Positions 38,449 through 52,509 of a stretch of DNA of 64,000 nucleotides are shown here, piece after piece. Under the pieces are notes generated by a model that was not told where the DNA came from, did not search any database, and worked only from the letters and a program-made list of their open reading frames with translations. The DNA is from Octopus sinensis (Eukaryota), in assembly GCF_006345805.1 (NCBI RefSeq), contig NC_042998.1:17298001-17362000 (forward strand), given 5' to 3'. Position 1 is the stretch's first letter; each line of letters starts with the position of its first letter. The position numbers and the translations under genes are program-made.

Positions 38449-41400
38449 CTATAGGGAAATGTTCATTTACGAGGCAGCATTTGAGGAGAGCTAGAAGAGT
38501 TCTTAACAGAGAAATTTATCATACAGACAGGACGATTATGATGTAACGAAGTATAAGGAAAACGGTGTTGAATATTGAGACAAACGGGGACAGTTGAGGC
38601 CACGAAGACCAAGAGAGGATGGAAGCGTTTCATATATGATGCGTATTTCTTCAATTATACCAGTCAATAATAGAAATTATTGGTGAAATATTTCTCAGAT
38701 TCCTATGCTAAGAGTTAATCCTGAGCCTTCTTGTAAGGAAGGTAAGGTTTCACACTTTTCCTGACCTGCAGTGGATATAAAGTAACACTTGGAGATGTGC
38801 TGACAAGCAATGACTTTTTACAGAACAGCCAAACTGCGGTAACAATAGCAGAGTAAGCAACACCACTTCATTACAAGCTCTATTTTTGCACTGATTTTAA
38901 TATAACAAATAGGTTGTTATTTTGCCTTTAAGGTCTACCGGCAATAAAACTAGTCGGAATTGCTACATGTCCTGACATTAATTGAACAAGGAAAACTGGA
39001 AAAGTTCCTTGAGCAAATAGCTTTGATAAGCATGGTGAAATCGAGGGTAGAAGTTTCGCACGCCACAGTTTTAACATAATGCCCTTCTGGACGTATCTTG
39101 AGTCAAGCCAAAAACAACCGTATTATTTCTAACAGTATACAAACAAAAGAAACTGAGGTTACAAACAAGGAATTTAACCAAACCAATGTTATGGCAGCAC
39201 AGGGGATTGCTAGCAAATGAAGTGGCACTAACTTCGCACTCCATCACGCAACAATATTGATTGCCCCAATATGGTTATTTTCCCGTTTTTTTTTTGTTTT
39301 TTTTTTTTCAATTGTATTTCTAGTTTGGAATTACAATTATTATGTTGCAGTCACATATCAACCCTGAAGTAGTAGAGATTTACATTCCTGAGAGCAAAAA
39401 CTTCCAACATATTTTAATATTCAATATTTCTTTTATGGCGTTTCGTATTGAAAAAATATTATGGTTTCAGCAATACTTGTTTATTATATCTAGTATATTC
39501 TACAAACACGTAAAGGCGCCATTATTTTCTGGTCTCACATCCTGAGTCATGTGAATTCTGTTATGTTATTGACCAGCATTGCATGAGTTTTGCTACTGAA
39601 ATAAGTGTATCTTACACCCCAGTTGTATATATCTAGATAGGATATTTTTAAACAGTTGCAAGCTTTGGTATGTTTGATTTATTAGGATGTTTTTCTTGCA
39701 ATCCGTATTTTGCATTATCGACCCTAGTATTCAAAGTGATTTTGTTATTGGTTGGTTTCAATTTCTTAAACTAGTCTTTGCTTGTCAATTTTAAGCTCTA
39801 TATTCCAAGTGACATGTCGTTAGGATTAAAATGATGTGTTTATTATTTGTTGGAGCATTAGTTTTATTAGTTTTATAACCATCCTTATTGACATGAATAT
39901 GGCAACAGCCAATGTGATGATGGAGTTGATAGGAACGACAAAGGTGACAGCGACAACGCCGTTCATGATGCTCTTTTGGATGATGATAGTGATGATTATG
40001 TACATGTGGAGAAGGAGCAGGAGTGGTAGGATGCATCTTGAAGTGCACAAGTTTTCCAATAAACAGTTGTAGGATACAGGTGTACAAAATTAATTAAGCA
40101 TTTCTACATTGATATTTTACAGTCTTGAAAATTCTAATAATTATTTCAGACATTAAAATATGGAAAAATTGTCGGAGAAAGCGAGGCGTTTGAAGGAAAA
40201 AAAATTAAACAATTATCATGAATTGCAGATGAAATGTAAAAACTAAATACATAAATGAATGAAAAAATAAATAGATAAATAAATAATAAATAAATAAATA
40301 AATAAATAAATAGACGATTACTTTTTTACCCAGCGAAATTATTAATGGAGTCAAGAAGGTATTTTATTTGTTTAAAGTCGTAATATTTGAACAGTTAAAA
40401 TCCTAAATCAAACGTAGCAGTATCGTGAGATACTAACATGACATAGGATGGCCATCAGAATTGTTCGACGACAAAAGAATATATAGTTGATCAACCACAT
40501 CATAGATTTTTTTACCTACCTTAATCAATTTCCACACTACTATCTTTAAAAACATTAAAGGGAAATTGTATACAATTTCCAATTCGATAAGGTGAGATGA
40601 AAGTAGATGACAGGCTTTTAGCTCCCTCTGGCGGTTGAAGAATCTTAGCAATAGTTAGTACGATGTAAAAATATAACGTTATGATCTTGAACAGTCAATG
40701 ACAAATACGAATGTTACGTTAAAAGTACATCTTAGACTTTCATCATAGAAACAGATCGTTACCATTGAATATACGCATTTTTAGATTAGTTCAAATATGT
40801 TTCTGATATATCTCACTTATAGGAAAACAACTTTCACTTTCATTTGTCATTGAGAAAACTTCTCGCTTTTAGCAAAAGGGGTAAATCACCAATACAAATA
40901 TTGATGGCGTTCTACATATCTGTATGAGCGCGTGCAGTGCAGATTTGTAATCTGTACATATATCGGACAGGTTAGGCTGGCGAAACTACCATAACAGCAG
41001 AGGTTTTCTTGTCCAGAATATTAAAACACTCAGCGGAATAGATATGAGAGCAGATATTTCTTTCGGAAGTTGCTTTTCTTCAAACCCAATGTTTCCCAGA
41101 CGATGTCGTCGCACTTCCCCAAAACTCATCTTATTTAAAATGCCATGGTCGAGTGGTAGTGGGTTATGAGCACATGATGAAAATATAATTGCCAAACATT
41201 TTTTTCCTCAGGCTGCACTTGCTTCATGTTTCTGTCTCAGACAAATAGATGGTGAAGAAAAGCAAGCAGGTAAATGGCTACCTCAATTGCTTGTCGTTCA
41301 AGAAAGCTGAAGATACTGAAGCAACTGCATGCCTGTACATCATTAGCAAGAGCATGCTCAGTTCCATATAGCGAAGGCCGACAGGATATTGACCAAGCGA

Positions 41401-43717
41401 TCAACAAAACGCGTCCCTTCCATGGGAAGTAGAAGAGCAACTGTTCTGCTATGGTCATCAATGAATCGGTGCAAGGTTCGAAGAAGCAGCTGTAGTAATA
41501 AAAGGATACGATGTAGGCTTTCACAAGCAAAAAGCCCAATCCTTCAGGAGCAGTTTAACCTCAGCTCCTTTCTGGGTAAAAATAACCAGCCTACTCCTCA
41601 CCTTTTTTCCATCCGTCGCTCACTATGCACCTGCACCAAACCAAATCCCGATCTATTTAATCAGTAATCCATCCAGACTCTTACGATAATCTTAAGGGCA
41701 TGGACCTACATCTCCAGGTAATAAACTGCAGATCCAATGAAATCTCTTGGTTAATTTTTGCTTCTGTTAATTTTTGCTTATGATGACTTCATATTGCTTT
41801 ATATAACCGGCAATCCCCTCGATTATCTCGGTGTCCTCGGTGATACCATCCATGTATAAAAACACGTATCTTCTGCATCTTTATTCTCGTGGACATTCCT
41901 CAATAGCCCTTTTCATGGTTTTTCGCAATCGACTGTTCACAATTCCTCCCGCCAATTCCCGCCTAACTAATTTTCTAATCCATTCTATTTAAACTTGGTA
42001 CATTCAACTAATAAGAAATGGGTCCAACTCTAAGAAGTCTATGTAGATCGACTATATATATCACAAATTTGTATTATGTGTTGCTGACCAATTTACATTG
42101 TGAACACTCCATGTTATCTTAATCAGCTAGCTTACATCTTACGCTAACTAGTCACGATCTGGATGACTGAATTTGTTTGCACATGTCAACTTTCGTGCAA
42201 TACAGAAATCCAGTCTGTGAAACAGCTAGGAAAGCCTGAGCAGGTTTGCTAAACTTTTACACCGACCTCCAGTATCAGCTAGACTCATACAAATCAAAGG
42301 TGAATCAAAGACGGCATTCTAATCGATCATAATCACTAAAGAATGGAACGTCCTCAGAAAATTCTGCAGCGGGCTGAAGAGAACTGACAGCCCCGGTTCA
42401 GTAATGGTATAAACAGTGAGCACTCTAGAGAGAAGACGTTTGCTACATCAACGACCACCAGCGTACTGTCCCTGAACATGAGGATCGATCGTACTTTGTC
42501 CTGGAATTTCTTACCTCATTGTGGAAATTATCCTAGGATTATTACTTTCACATATTGTAACATCGTCAGTGTTAGTCCTGGAACCTATCATTCCGTTTCA
42601 ATATTTTCCGTTTGTGCGATAAAAACAAGATTTTTTTTTGTTCTTTATCTGCACAAAGTTTAGACTAGATATATTTTGTTATGTTTGTGTGTATGTGAGA
42701 CTCTTTGGGTTTGCTTTCGCATGCATTTCCTTTATTATTTCTTAAGTTTTAAGAGCTATTGAATATGATGGTGAGAACAAAGAACTATATTTTACTTCCT
42801 TCCAAATCATACTAAAAAATATTTGAAAAACTTCCTCTATTGTGTATAATTTGAAAAAAATATGAACTCTGTACGAGTAAGATTCCAGGGCGGTAGGGAA
42901 GTTTCTACTTCTTTTAGGCAACAAATAGAGCTCATGAAATGGGGATAGGTCTTCTTTTGTTTCTAATACTACAATATTTCTAAGGACCGAAATAGTTTCG
43001 AAAACAAATTTTTGGTAATCATGAATATTTCTTCGAATTGCCACACAGAAGTATTCCTCTGATTTCCAGTGAATAAGGAAGTTTATATCATTTTATGATA
43101 TGTTGTGTGAGTGTGTGTGTGTGTGTAAGTAGTGGCTTGGAAGAGATGGTCTCTCAAATAATCTCTGAATGTAGAGTGTTTGCTCATATAGTATAACAGG
43201 ACAGATGACATAGTTGCTACAATCAGAAATTAAGAATATGGAACAGAACTTACAAGAAAATGGTTTGACTTAAAACAAAAGATGCGTTTGATAAAACAAA
43301 ATTATCGTATAATGGTACACCAGGATATGAAATTTCATACGGATAGGAAAATAGAATATTCACGTCCGTATAGTGACGTAGTAAGTAAAGAGGAATGTGT
43401 GTTTTGATGAATCGCTGTTACATGCTATTGTAATACAAGATTGTAAGGGAAACAAAGCGTAATAGAATTGAAAAATATCACGTGAAAAATGCGAACTTTA
43501 AAGAATCTGTAATTACCAGAAACCTAAGGAACTGTAAGAAGAGTGCATGGTTGCTTAAGGATGCTCGATTTGGAGACAAATTTCCTGACTACAACATTTT
43601 TCTGAGCACAGAAAAGGTTAAAGTAAAGGCTAATCAACAAACACTGTGGTTTGCTACTTGATATCTAGGAATCAAGTAACGACAGAAAAACAACTAAATT
43701 CTGAGTAAACGGAAATG

Positions 43718-43901
43718 TTGATGATGATGATGATGATGATGATGATAATCATCATCATCATCATCATCATCCTCGTTGTCATCGTTGTCGTCGTCATCAT
43801 CATTGTTGTTGTTGTCTTGTGCCTAATGTAGAGAGAATTTTTGTTGTTATTATTACTAATATCATCATCAATATTATTATTGTTATTATTACTATTATTA
43901 C

Positions 43902-43943
<42 letters not shown>

Positions 43944-44020
43944 TACTACTATTATTATTATTATTATTATTATTATCATCTTCATCATCATCATCCGTAG
44001 TAGTAGTAGTAGTAGTAGTT
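43718..44020. repeat. Compound (GAT)n(CAT)n...(ATT)n(ACT)n(GTA)n microsatellite
   Basis: Direct reading. Confidence 0.95.
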
Positions 44021-44425
44021 AAAAATCATGGATATAATAAACAAATTGACACGATAAAGAGGAATCTAGCTATCATGGAGCCACATTCAGGAAAAACATT
44101 TTAAGTTCTAGGCGCGTTTATTGATAAAATTGCTGAAGAAATGAAATTCGCGTCAATAAGTTGTATATTCAAGTTCGAAAGAGGATTGTTATATCATGAT
44201 ATAAATGTTCCTTTCATGGCTTCGATATATCTAATTTCTTTCCTACCGTTACCATAGATCACGGAAATCTATGCTTCATAAACAACGGGGGATATATCGC
44301 ATTTCTGGTTCTTAAGGATATTTAGATTTGTATTTACATGTGCATCCAGGAAATATATATATATATATATTATATATATATATATATATATAGCTATTTA
44401 TATTTGTATCTACATGTGCATTCAT

Positions 44426-44469
<44 letters not shown>

Positions 44470-45007
44470 ATTGTGAATCGTTTGATGTTTCAATAGGTAT
44501 CATTTGATAGTTGCTGAGTTGCGAGTACTCTCCGTCCAATTGGGCGAAAAAATCTCATAAGCAACAACAGAACTGGAAAGAGAGGAACTGGTAAAATTAG
44601 CGAGGAGTTCAAAAGCAGATGCAACCAGCCAGTTAGAAATTATACAATAGCAACCTTCAACTATTTTATCCTAAAAATAACAGGTGAAACACATCTAGTG
44701 GCTACGATCTTCGTGCAACATAAATAGTAGGTCTAGTTCCAATTACATGCGAAAATTTTATAAGAACTATGATCTAATCTCTATACATACATTTTGTGTC
44801 GAAACATAATCACGCGTAAGAGTCTAAAATCCCTCTTTTGCGATAAAGCAAGTTTTCACGAGATAGATAATATGTATAATCATGCACAATTCCTTAATTC
44901 AAAAGTACTGTACTTTATAACTCACTTACACCAAATAGCAGAAAATTTTGTAGGAAAAGATTTTCAACATCGTATGAGCCACTGTGTTCAGGAAATTGTT
45001 TCATAAA

Positions 45008-45107
45008 CTGCGTGGCATCTTGGGCAAGTGTCTTCTGCTATAGCCCCGGGCCGACCAATGCCTTGTGAGTGGATTTGGTAGACGGAAACTGAAAGACGCC
45101 TGTCGTA

Positions 45108-45189
<82 letters not shown>

Positions 45190-45425
45190 TGTGTGTGTGT
45201 GTGTGCGTTTGTGTGTCTGTGTTTGTCCCCCTAGCATCGCTTGACAACCGATGCTGGTGTGTTTACATCCCCGTCAATTAGCGGTTCGGCAAAAGAGACC
45301 GATAGAATAAGAACTGGGCTTACAAAGAATAAGTCCCGGGGTCGATTTGCTCGACTAAAGGCGGTGCTCCAGCATGGCCACAGTCAAATGACTGAAACAA
45401 GTAAAAGAGGAAAGAGAAAAGAGAG
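45008..45425 (+). mobile_element. 5'-truncated SINE with an expanded internal (TA)n/(TG)n tract
   Basis: cttgggcaagtgtcttct..gtagacggaaactgaaag..(TA)n..gacaaccgatgctggtg..gtcaaatgactgaaacaagtaaaaga. Confidence 0.9.
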
Positions 45426-46884
45426 AGTATTTCTTTATTCTACAAGAAATCTAATTTCGTTACATATTTACAACACCCTTCAATAGTTAGAATTAAACTT
45501 ACAGAATAGAAACAACTTTATCTGCCGAAAAAAAATCTTTATAACTACATCGTGCCTCATACACTGCAACTAAAAACACAGAAAGCAGTAACAATCAGAT
45601 TATAACGGGTTAACTACAAGCGTTTCAAAGCACCGGTTGTATCAATATATGCATAATTAGTAATATTTGTTTATAACAAATTATTTCCTTAACCATAACA
45701 TTTTCGCGTTTTTGGTGGCGAAGCCAATCCTTGTGTATCAGCAGCACACATTGATTAATGTTTTGCATCACAGGACAAGCGGTCGTATATTAGGCTGTGG
45801 AAATTGGGTTTATTTGGAAAGCCTTCTCTTGCATTTGATCGATGATTCTCTTGAAGGTAATACGTTAGACAACAGGAGATAACATACCATAAATTTTCTA
45901 CAGAATGGCTCTTAAATCCAAATGAATCGATGTCAGCAAATATAGGAAACAAAGCAACTGCACTGGAATGAAAGTCAGTCATCCAATACCATATTTTATT
46001 CGGCTAATTTCATCAATAGTGCATAGTATCAATATAATGGAATACGTAGGGAACAACAAAATGGTCAGATAATATCCTTATTGTATTCACAAGAAAGCTA
46101 ATGTTATATGTGTGTGTGTTTTTGTGTGTGCGTATGTGTGAATTTGTGTGTGTGTGTTTCTATGTTTGTATGTGCGTATGTATGTATATATAAAGACCCA
46201 AACTTATTAGTGCTACACTCATCTGTTATATAGGGAGAAAAGTGTTAAGAAAAATGTGTCCATAGAGCCAATATTGCCGCGGAAAATGTTTTGCCAATTA
46301 TTGAATAAATGCAAAAAAATAAGTAAACGAATATTGAATTTTCTTTCTGGTTCAGATTTCTCATACAAACTATTTATCAAAATACATGCCAAACTTAACA
46401 CAGAACCAATAATGTATACATATATATGTAGATAGTTTCTCATAGAACTAGAGTTATATCGTTATGTATGATAAGTAAGATAGCATAAACGACAGAGAAC
46501 GGAAGAAATAGAAACTAGAAAAATAAGAACTGCATATGTTTATAAATGTAATGCGGTGAGTTAATACTCAGCAGTATATTTTAGTAACAATTGCTGTGTT
46601 CAATAAACAAACATGTGCTTTTAAATCCTATTTTTCCAGCTATTCCTGTTTCTAGGTCGAGAAATAGGAAGCTACATGAATGAATATTGGAATGCATTCA
46701 TATCTTGGTATTTGGTAATTTGGAAAGTTGACTTTGTTCTTCTGTCTGCAAATATCGTAACTTAAACCGTAGCCTTAAATTATGACAAGTTGCAGTGTAT
46801 TTCTCAGGTTTCACTATTTTTGCACAATGTAATTTGGAGTAACATTATTGAAAAATTATCAAGAGAAAGTAAGAAGCCAAAGAC

Positions 46885-46950
46885 TGTACAAGAGCGAGAG
46901 CGTCAGAGAGAGAGAGAGAGAGAGAGCGAGAGCGTCAGAGAGAGAGAGAT

Positions 46951-46981
<31 letters not shown>

Positions 46982-47000
46982 AATAGAGACAGAGACAGAA
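46885..47000. repeat. (GA)n/(GACA)n microsatellite
   Basis: Direct reading. Confidence 0.9.
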
Positions 47001-47663
47001 AGAGAAAGGGAGAAATGGTTGGGACTGTGATTAGACCGATATTAATATCATATGAAAACGTAGCGGCATGAATCAAAACAGACACTCGAGCAAGTATATA
47101 ATGGGGCAATAGTATATGTAATAATGAGAACCAGAAAATTTCGATCTATAGAGAATACAACCGAAATTATTATACACGGAAAACTACTTTTGCTATATTT
47201 TGCATTAGTTTCCGCTACCTTATACGCAATATTTTCGAACTGAAATTATTAATTTTCTTCCTAAATCGTTTACGGATGTTTTACATGAAATGAAATCATG
47301 CTAGTTTATTTTACGTTTTATTTTACATAAAGATGCAATTATACATAGACATACGGACAGTTTCTTTCAGCTGAAACTATACAAATAGAATTTGTTTCAT
47401 TTCTAATACATTTATCTTGTTTCTAACTTATTAAATCACCTTTAGTTTACATTTTTGCTACATACAAACATGAATCTATTCTTTTCATCATTGTTTCAGA
47501 AGTTTGCTTCTAAAGAGTTGATGTTCAAAATAATGGAGACATCATACAAATATGTATGCGTGTGTCTGTATCTGTGCGTGTGTGTTTGCGTGCGTGTGTA
47601 TATGTGAGTGGGCATATGTATACCTGCATGTGTGTATGTGCACGCGTGTGTGTACGTGTGTTA

Positions 47664-47744
<81 letters not shown>

Positions 47745-48238
47745 AGAGGGAGAGAGAGAGAGATGCAGAACAGATATAGATATACAAGCATATCTGTATA
47801 AGAGTCTATGCAAACACGTGTATATATGGAAAGAAAATATGAATCATATAGAGCAACTGCAAGCGCCATCATCGATTCCTCGTGATATTCAAACAAAACA
47901 AGATGATTTATGCAGACCTTCTGAAGGTGTCACGAACACGGATCGCTCAGCAGAGAATATTATTCAGAAGAAACAAGTTAGATTCTTTAAATATTTTGTA
48001 AATAGGAAACGATATTGTAAAGATGTTGGACAGGAAAATTACTACGAAATTATTTGCAGATCTATCAGCCTGAACAAATTGTATATTTGAAAATCCGTTC
48101 TTTGTACATAATCTTTAGTTTGGAATGAGAAATTTCTGTGACATTTATAATATATTAATGTTGATTTTGTAGCAAACATTTTCCGAGTTGTGTATTGAAG
48201 GCATCATCCGTCGTTCTAAATCTCATGTATATATATAT

Positions 48239-48305
48239 AGGCGCGGGAGTGGGTGTGTGGTAAGTAGCTTGCTAACCAAACACATGGTTCCGGGTTCAGT
48301 CCCAC
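48239..48305 (+). mobile_element. Isolated SINE head (tRNA-like)
   Basis: ggcgcgggagtgggtgtgtggtaagtagcttgc..ggttccgggttcagtccca. Confidence 0.65.
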
Positions 48306-48432
48306 GATCGTACTGCATTGCCTCTGGATATCTTTGTTGCTTATTTATACTTTGAAATTGTATGGATAATACGGTACTAAATTCAGATGCCTCAACTTAA
48401 GTACCATATTCATCTGAATCTAAATTTTTGCT

Positions 48433-48473
<41 letters not shown>

Positions 48474-48526
48474 AATATTAAATTTCTAAATATCTCATAG
48501 AGATATGTACGGTGGTGGAGCGATAT

Positions 48527-49038
<512 letters not shown>

Positions 49039-49421
49039 TATATATAATATTTTTGGTCTAAGGGATATATGTCGATTAGTGCGTTGAAGTGTTAACTAGA
49101 ACACTGGCACTGTTTGGGCTACCTGGTGTCATCCGCAGTCGGGGTATATTTCCACTGGATCTAATTCAGTAGTTCCGCAGTGTTGTTTGAGATAGTAATA
49201 ATAATAATTTCTTAAGTGATGGATTTGATGCTAATCTTTACTTTGTGCAACGGTCGCTTTGACTCATCCTGCTAGCGTCCCTCTTAATTGAGACTCCTCT
49301 CAACATGTTGTGTTGCATCAATTTTGTAGGCAGTGACTCATCAAATAAATCTATACATAAAGAGGATTCGTGTCTCGCTAAACATTCTTAGTTTTAGCCG
49401 TCATGTTATATATGCCCGTTT

Positions 49422-49807
49422 AGGAGACGCAATGGCCCAGTGGTTAGGGCAGCGGACTCGCGGTCGTAGGATCGCGGTTTCGATTCCCAGACCGGGCGTT
49501 GTGAGTGTTTATTGAGCAAAAAACACCTAAAGCTCCACGAGGCTCACGCAGGGATGGTGGTGATCCCAGCTGTACTCTTTCACCACAACTTTCTCTCACT
49601 CTTACTTCCTGTTTCTGTTGTACCTGTATTTCAAAGGGCCGGCCTTGTCACTCTCTGTGTCACGCTGAATATCCCCGAGAACTACGTTAAGCGTGCACGT
49701 GTCTGTGGAGTGCTCAGCCATTTACACGTTAATTTCACGAGCAGGCTGTTCCGTTGATTGGATCAACCGGAACCCTCGTCGTCGTAACCGACGGAGTGCT
49801 TCCATCC
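49422..49807 (+). mobile_element. tRNA-derived SINE with 12-bp TSD ATATGCCCGTTT
   Basis: A and B boxes; TSD at 49410-49421 and 49808-49819. Confidence 0.92.
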
Positions 49808-50039
49808 ATATGCCCGTTTGGTTAACGAATTAAGCATCACTACAAATTTCTGTTCTCAATAAGAGTTGCAAAAACTTGTAAATATAGACAAATAATTGTT
49901 GATAGAGAAAAATCATTACAGGGGAATTTAATGGATGGATAGGATGGACTGAGGTTTATGATAGAGGAATGGTATTAGAAGAAGGAAGGGAAAAATATAC
50001 AGGATGTAATATCTAGTGGGTGAAGGGTTGTTTAGCTAG

Positions 50040-50324
50040 CTAGCTTAGATCAAGATGCGTATACGCATATACACACACACACACATCTTTGCTCGTAAAT
50101 GCACTCACACAGGGGATGTTGGCCAAACGCCCATACGGCCAATCTCGGCCGTAGTTCGTATAATTTATGGTTGTAAGATAACCTTATGAGTGATTCACTT
50201 TCAGTGATATAGACGTCAAGGGCGTCAGACTATCTCCGTGGCACTCCATTCTCGAGGCGAGCGTGAAGACACACTACTCACACAGGGGCCAATGCCCCCT
50301 GTGTGAGTGGCTGATCTAAGCTAG
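50040..50324. mobile_element. 285-bp small TIR element with a 3' hairpin
   Basis: CTAGCTTAGATCA (50040-50052) / TGATCTAAGCTAG (50312-50324); CTCACACAGGGG occurs twice forward and once inverted, forming a 13-bp stem. Confidence 0.55.
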
Positions 50325-50425
50325 GTAGGTAAACAAACTTTCATTCCCTATACACTGCAGAATGCATACACACACACACACACACTCACACACACACACA
50401 CACACACTCACACACACGCACACAC

Positions 50426-50798
50426 AAGGCGGCGAACTGGCAGAAACGTTAGCACGCCGGGCGAAATGCGTAGCTGTATTTCGTCTGTCGTCACGTTCCG
50501 AGTTCAAATTCCGCCGAGGTCGACTTTGCCTTTCATCCTTTCGGGGTCGATAAATTAAGTACCAGTTAAAAAGGCGGCGAACTGGCAGAAACGTTAGCAC
50601 GCCGGGCGAAATGCGTAGCAGTATTTCGTCTGTCGTCACGTTCCGAGTTCAAATTCCGCCGAGGTCGACTTTGCCTTTCATCCTTTCGGGGTCGATAAAT
50701 TAAGTACCAGTTACACACTGGGGTCGATATAATCGACTTAATCCGTTTGTCTGACCTTGTTTGTCCCGTCTGTGTTTAGCCCCTTGTGGGTAGTAAAG
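50426..50798 (+). mobile_element. tRNA-derived SINE with a tandemly duplicated 145-bp head
   Basis: aaggcggcgaactggcagaa..agtaccagtt at 50426 and 50571; B box GTTCAAATTCC; core cctttcatcctttcggggtcgataaattaagtacc resembles the Deu/Nin domain (from memory). Confidence 0.9.
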
Positions 50799-50830
50799 TA
50801 TATATATATATATATAATATATATATATAT

Positions 50831-50901
<71 letters not shown>

Positions 50902-51083
50902 GCTTCTCCTTATACCATTCCTCTGTCTTAAACGCAATGTAACTCAATCCATTTCTGCCCATTCATTAACCTCTCCAACGGCCATTTTATTTATCAACAA
51001 TTATTTGTCTATTTTTACAAACGATTGCAACTCTTATCGAAGTAAGATAACAGTATTAGAAAATTGTAGTGATGCTTTATTCA

Positions 51084-51119
<36 letters not shown>

Positions 51120-51129
51120 CAACATACCC

Positions 51130-51290
51130 CCACCCTCAGCCTAACCCACACACCACCCTTGCTTTCCCCACTCTCGCCTACCCCACATTCCAACACGATC
51201 ACACCATACCACACACCACTACACCATACAGCACCATATCACGCAATACCACATCGCATCACATCACACCACCACGCACACACTAGCAAT
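51130..51290. repeat. Degenerate C/A-rich pentamer array (CACCA/CACAT-like)
   Basis: Direct reading. Confidence 0.6.
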
Positions 51291-51429
51291 GACCACTTCC
51301 CACCTCCAAACCATCATCCACACACCTACACATACACGCACGCACACGTCAAGATCACCAGCCCACTTCACACGCACATATATGATCTTTTATACAGACG
51401 CACGCACACCTTCGATTTGGGATCGTAAC

Positions 51430-51565
51430 TACTTTATTATCTCCCCTTCTTTCCAGCTTTCCTATGTGACCCCTCTGTCCGGCATTCGCCCTGATAGCTA
51501 GCCACTACGCATTCTTTATTTTCATTATTTGTTTCTTTCTGTGTTCCTTTCTGTGGAAGAGCGTA
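51430..51565 (+). mobile_element. Diverged Penelope-like family 1 fragment broken inside hammerhead stem II (CTGTGGAAGAGCGTA then TA repeats)
   Basis: Homology to 23445-23605. Confidence 0.55.
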
Positions 51566-51578
51566 TATATATATATAT

Positions 51579-51802
51579 TTCTTTACTACCCACAAGGGGC
51601 TAAACATAGAGGGGACAAACAAAGACAGACAAAGGGATTAAGTCGATTACATCGACCCCAGTGCGAAACTGGTACTTAATTTATCGACCCCGAAAGGATG
51701 AAAGGCAAAGTCGACCTAGGCATAATTTGAACTCAGAATGTATCGACAGACGAAATACGGCTACGCATTTCCCGGCGTGCTACGTTTCTGCCAGCTCGCC
51801 GC
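51579..51802 (-). mobile_element. tRNA-derived SINE monomer (family of 50426)
   Basis: Reverse complement homologous to 50571-50798. Confidence 0.9.
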
Positions 51803-51820
51803 GTATATATTTTATATATT

Positions 51821-51896
<76 letters not shown>

Positions 51897-51995
51897 GTGC
51901 GTGTGTGCGTGCGTGTGCGTGTGTGTGTGTACGTATGTATTTAATATACGCACAAAAGAAACAGTGATACACACTTATAAATCTATATTTATAAC

Positions 51996-52027
<32 letters not shown>

Positions 52028-52028
52028 G

Positions 52029-52043
52029 GATAGATAGATAGAT

Positions 52044-52131
<88 letters not shown>
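52029..52131. repeat. (GATA)n at the 3' junction of the Tx1-like LINE
   Basis: Direct reading. Confidence 0.95.
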
Positions 52132-52509
52132 TGTTTCTTTATTAGCCACACAGGGCTGCACACGGATAGACAAATTACAAGGTAGAGCTTTTCTTTTGAA
52201 GGTTTAAAAAAAAAAAAAAGGAAGGGGGAGTTTCGATCAAAAGGGATCGTAAAAGGAGAGAAAGTGGACAAAAAAAAGGGGGGTTAAAAAAAAAAAAAAG
52301 GGGTAGAGGAAAAAAAAATTGATCAATAGGGATCGTTATCACAGAAATGTCAATATGAAGTGTAAAGGGGGAGACAGGTGAGGTTTACCCGTGGAAAGAA
52401 AAGCCTACGGAAAAGACCACGGTAACTCGGTCAATGCAGTCACATTTTATATTTCTTTTTTTTTTTTTTTTTTTGCAAATAAGCAACTCTCTGTTTTCGA
52501 TTTCTGGGT

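Noticed and set aside
42742-43044. 100-aa minus-strand ORF MAIRRNIHDYQKF...
   Set aside because: Non-ATG start, no recognisable domain and no splice support.
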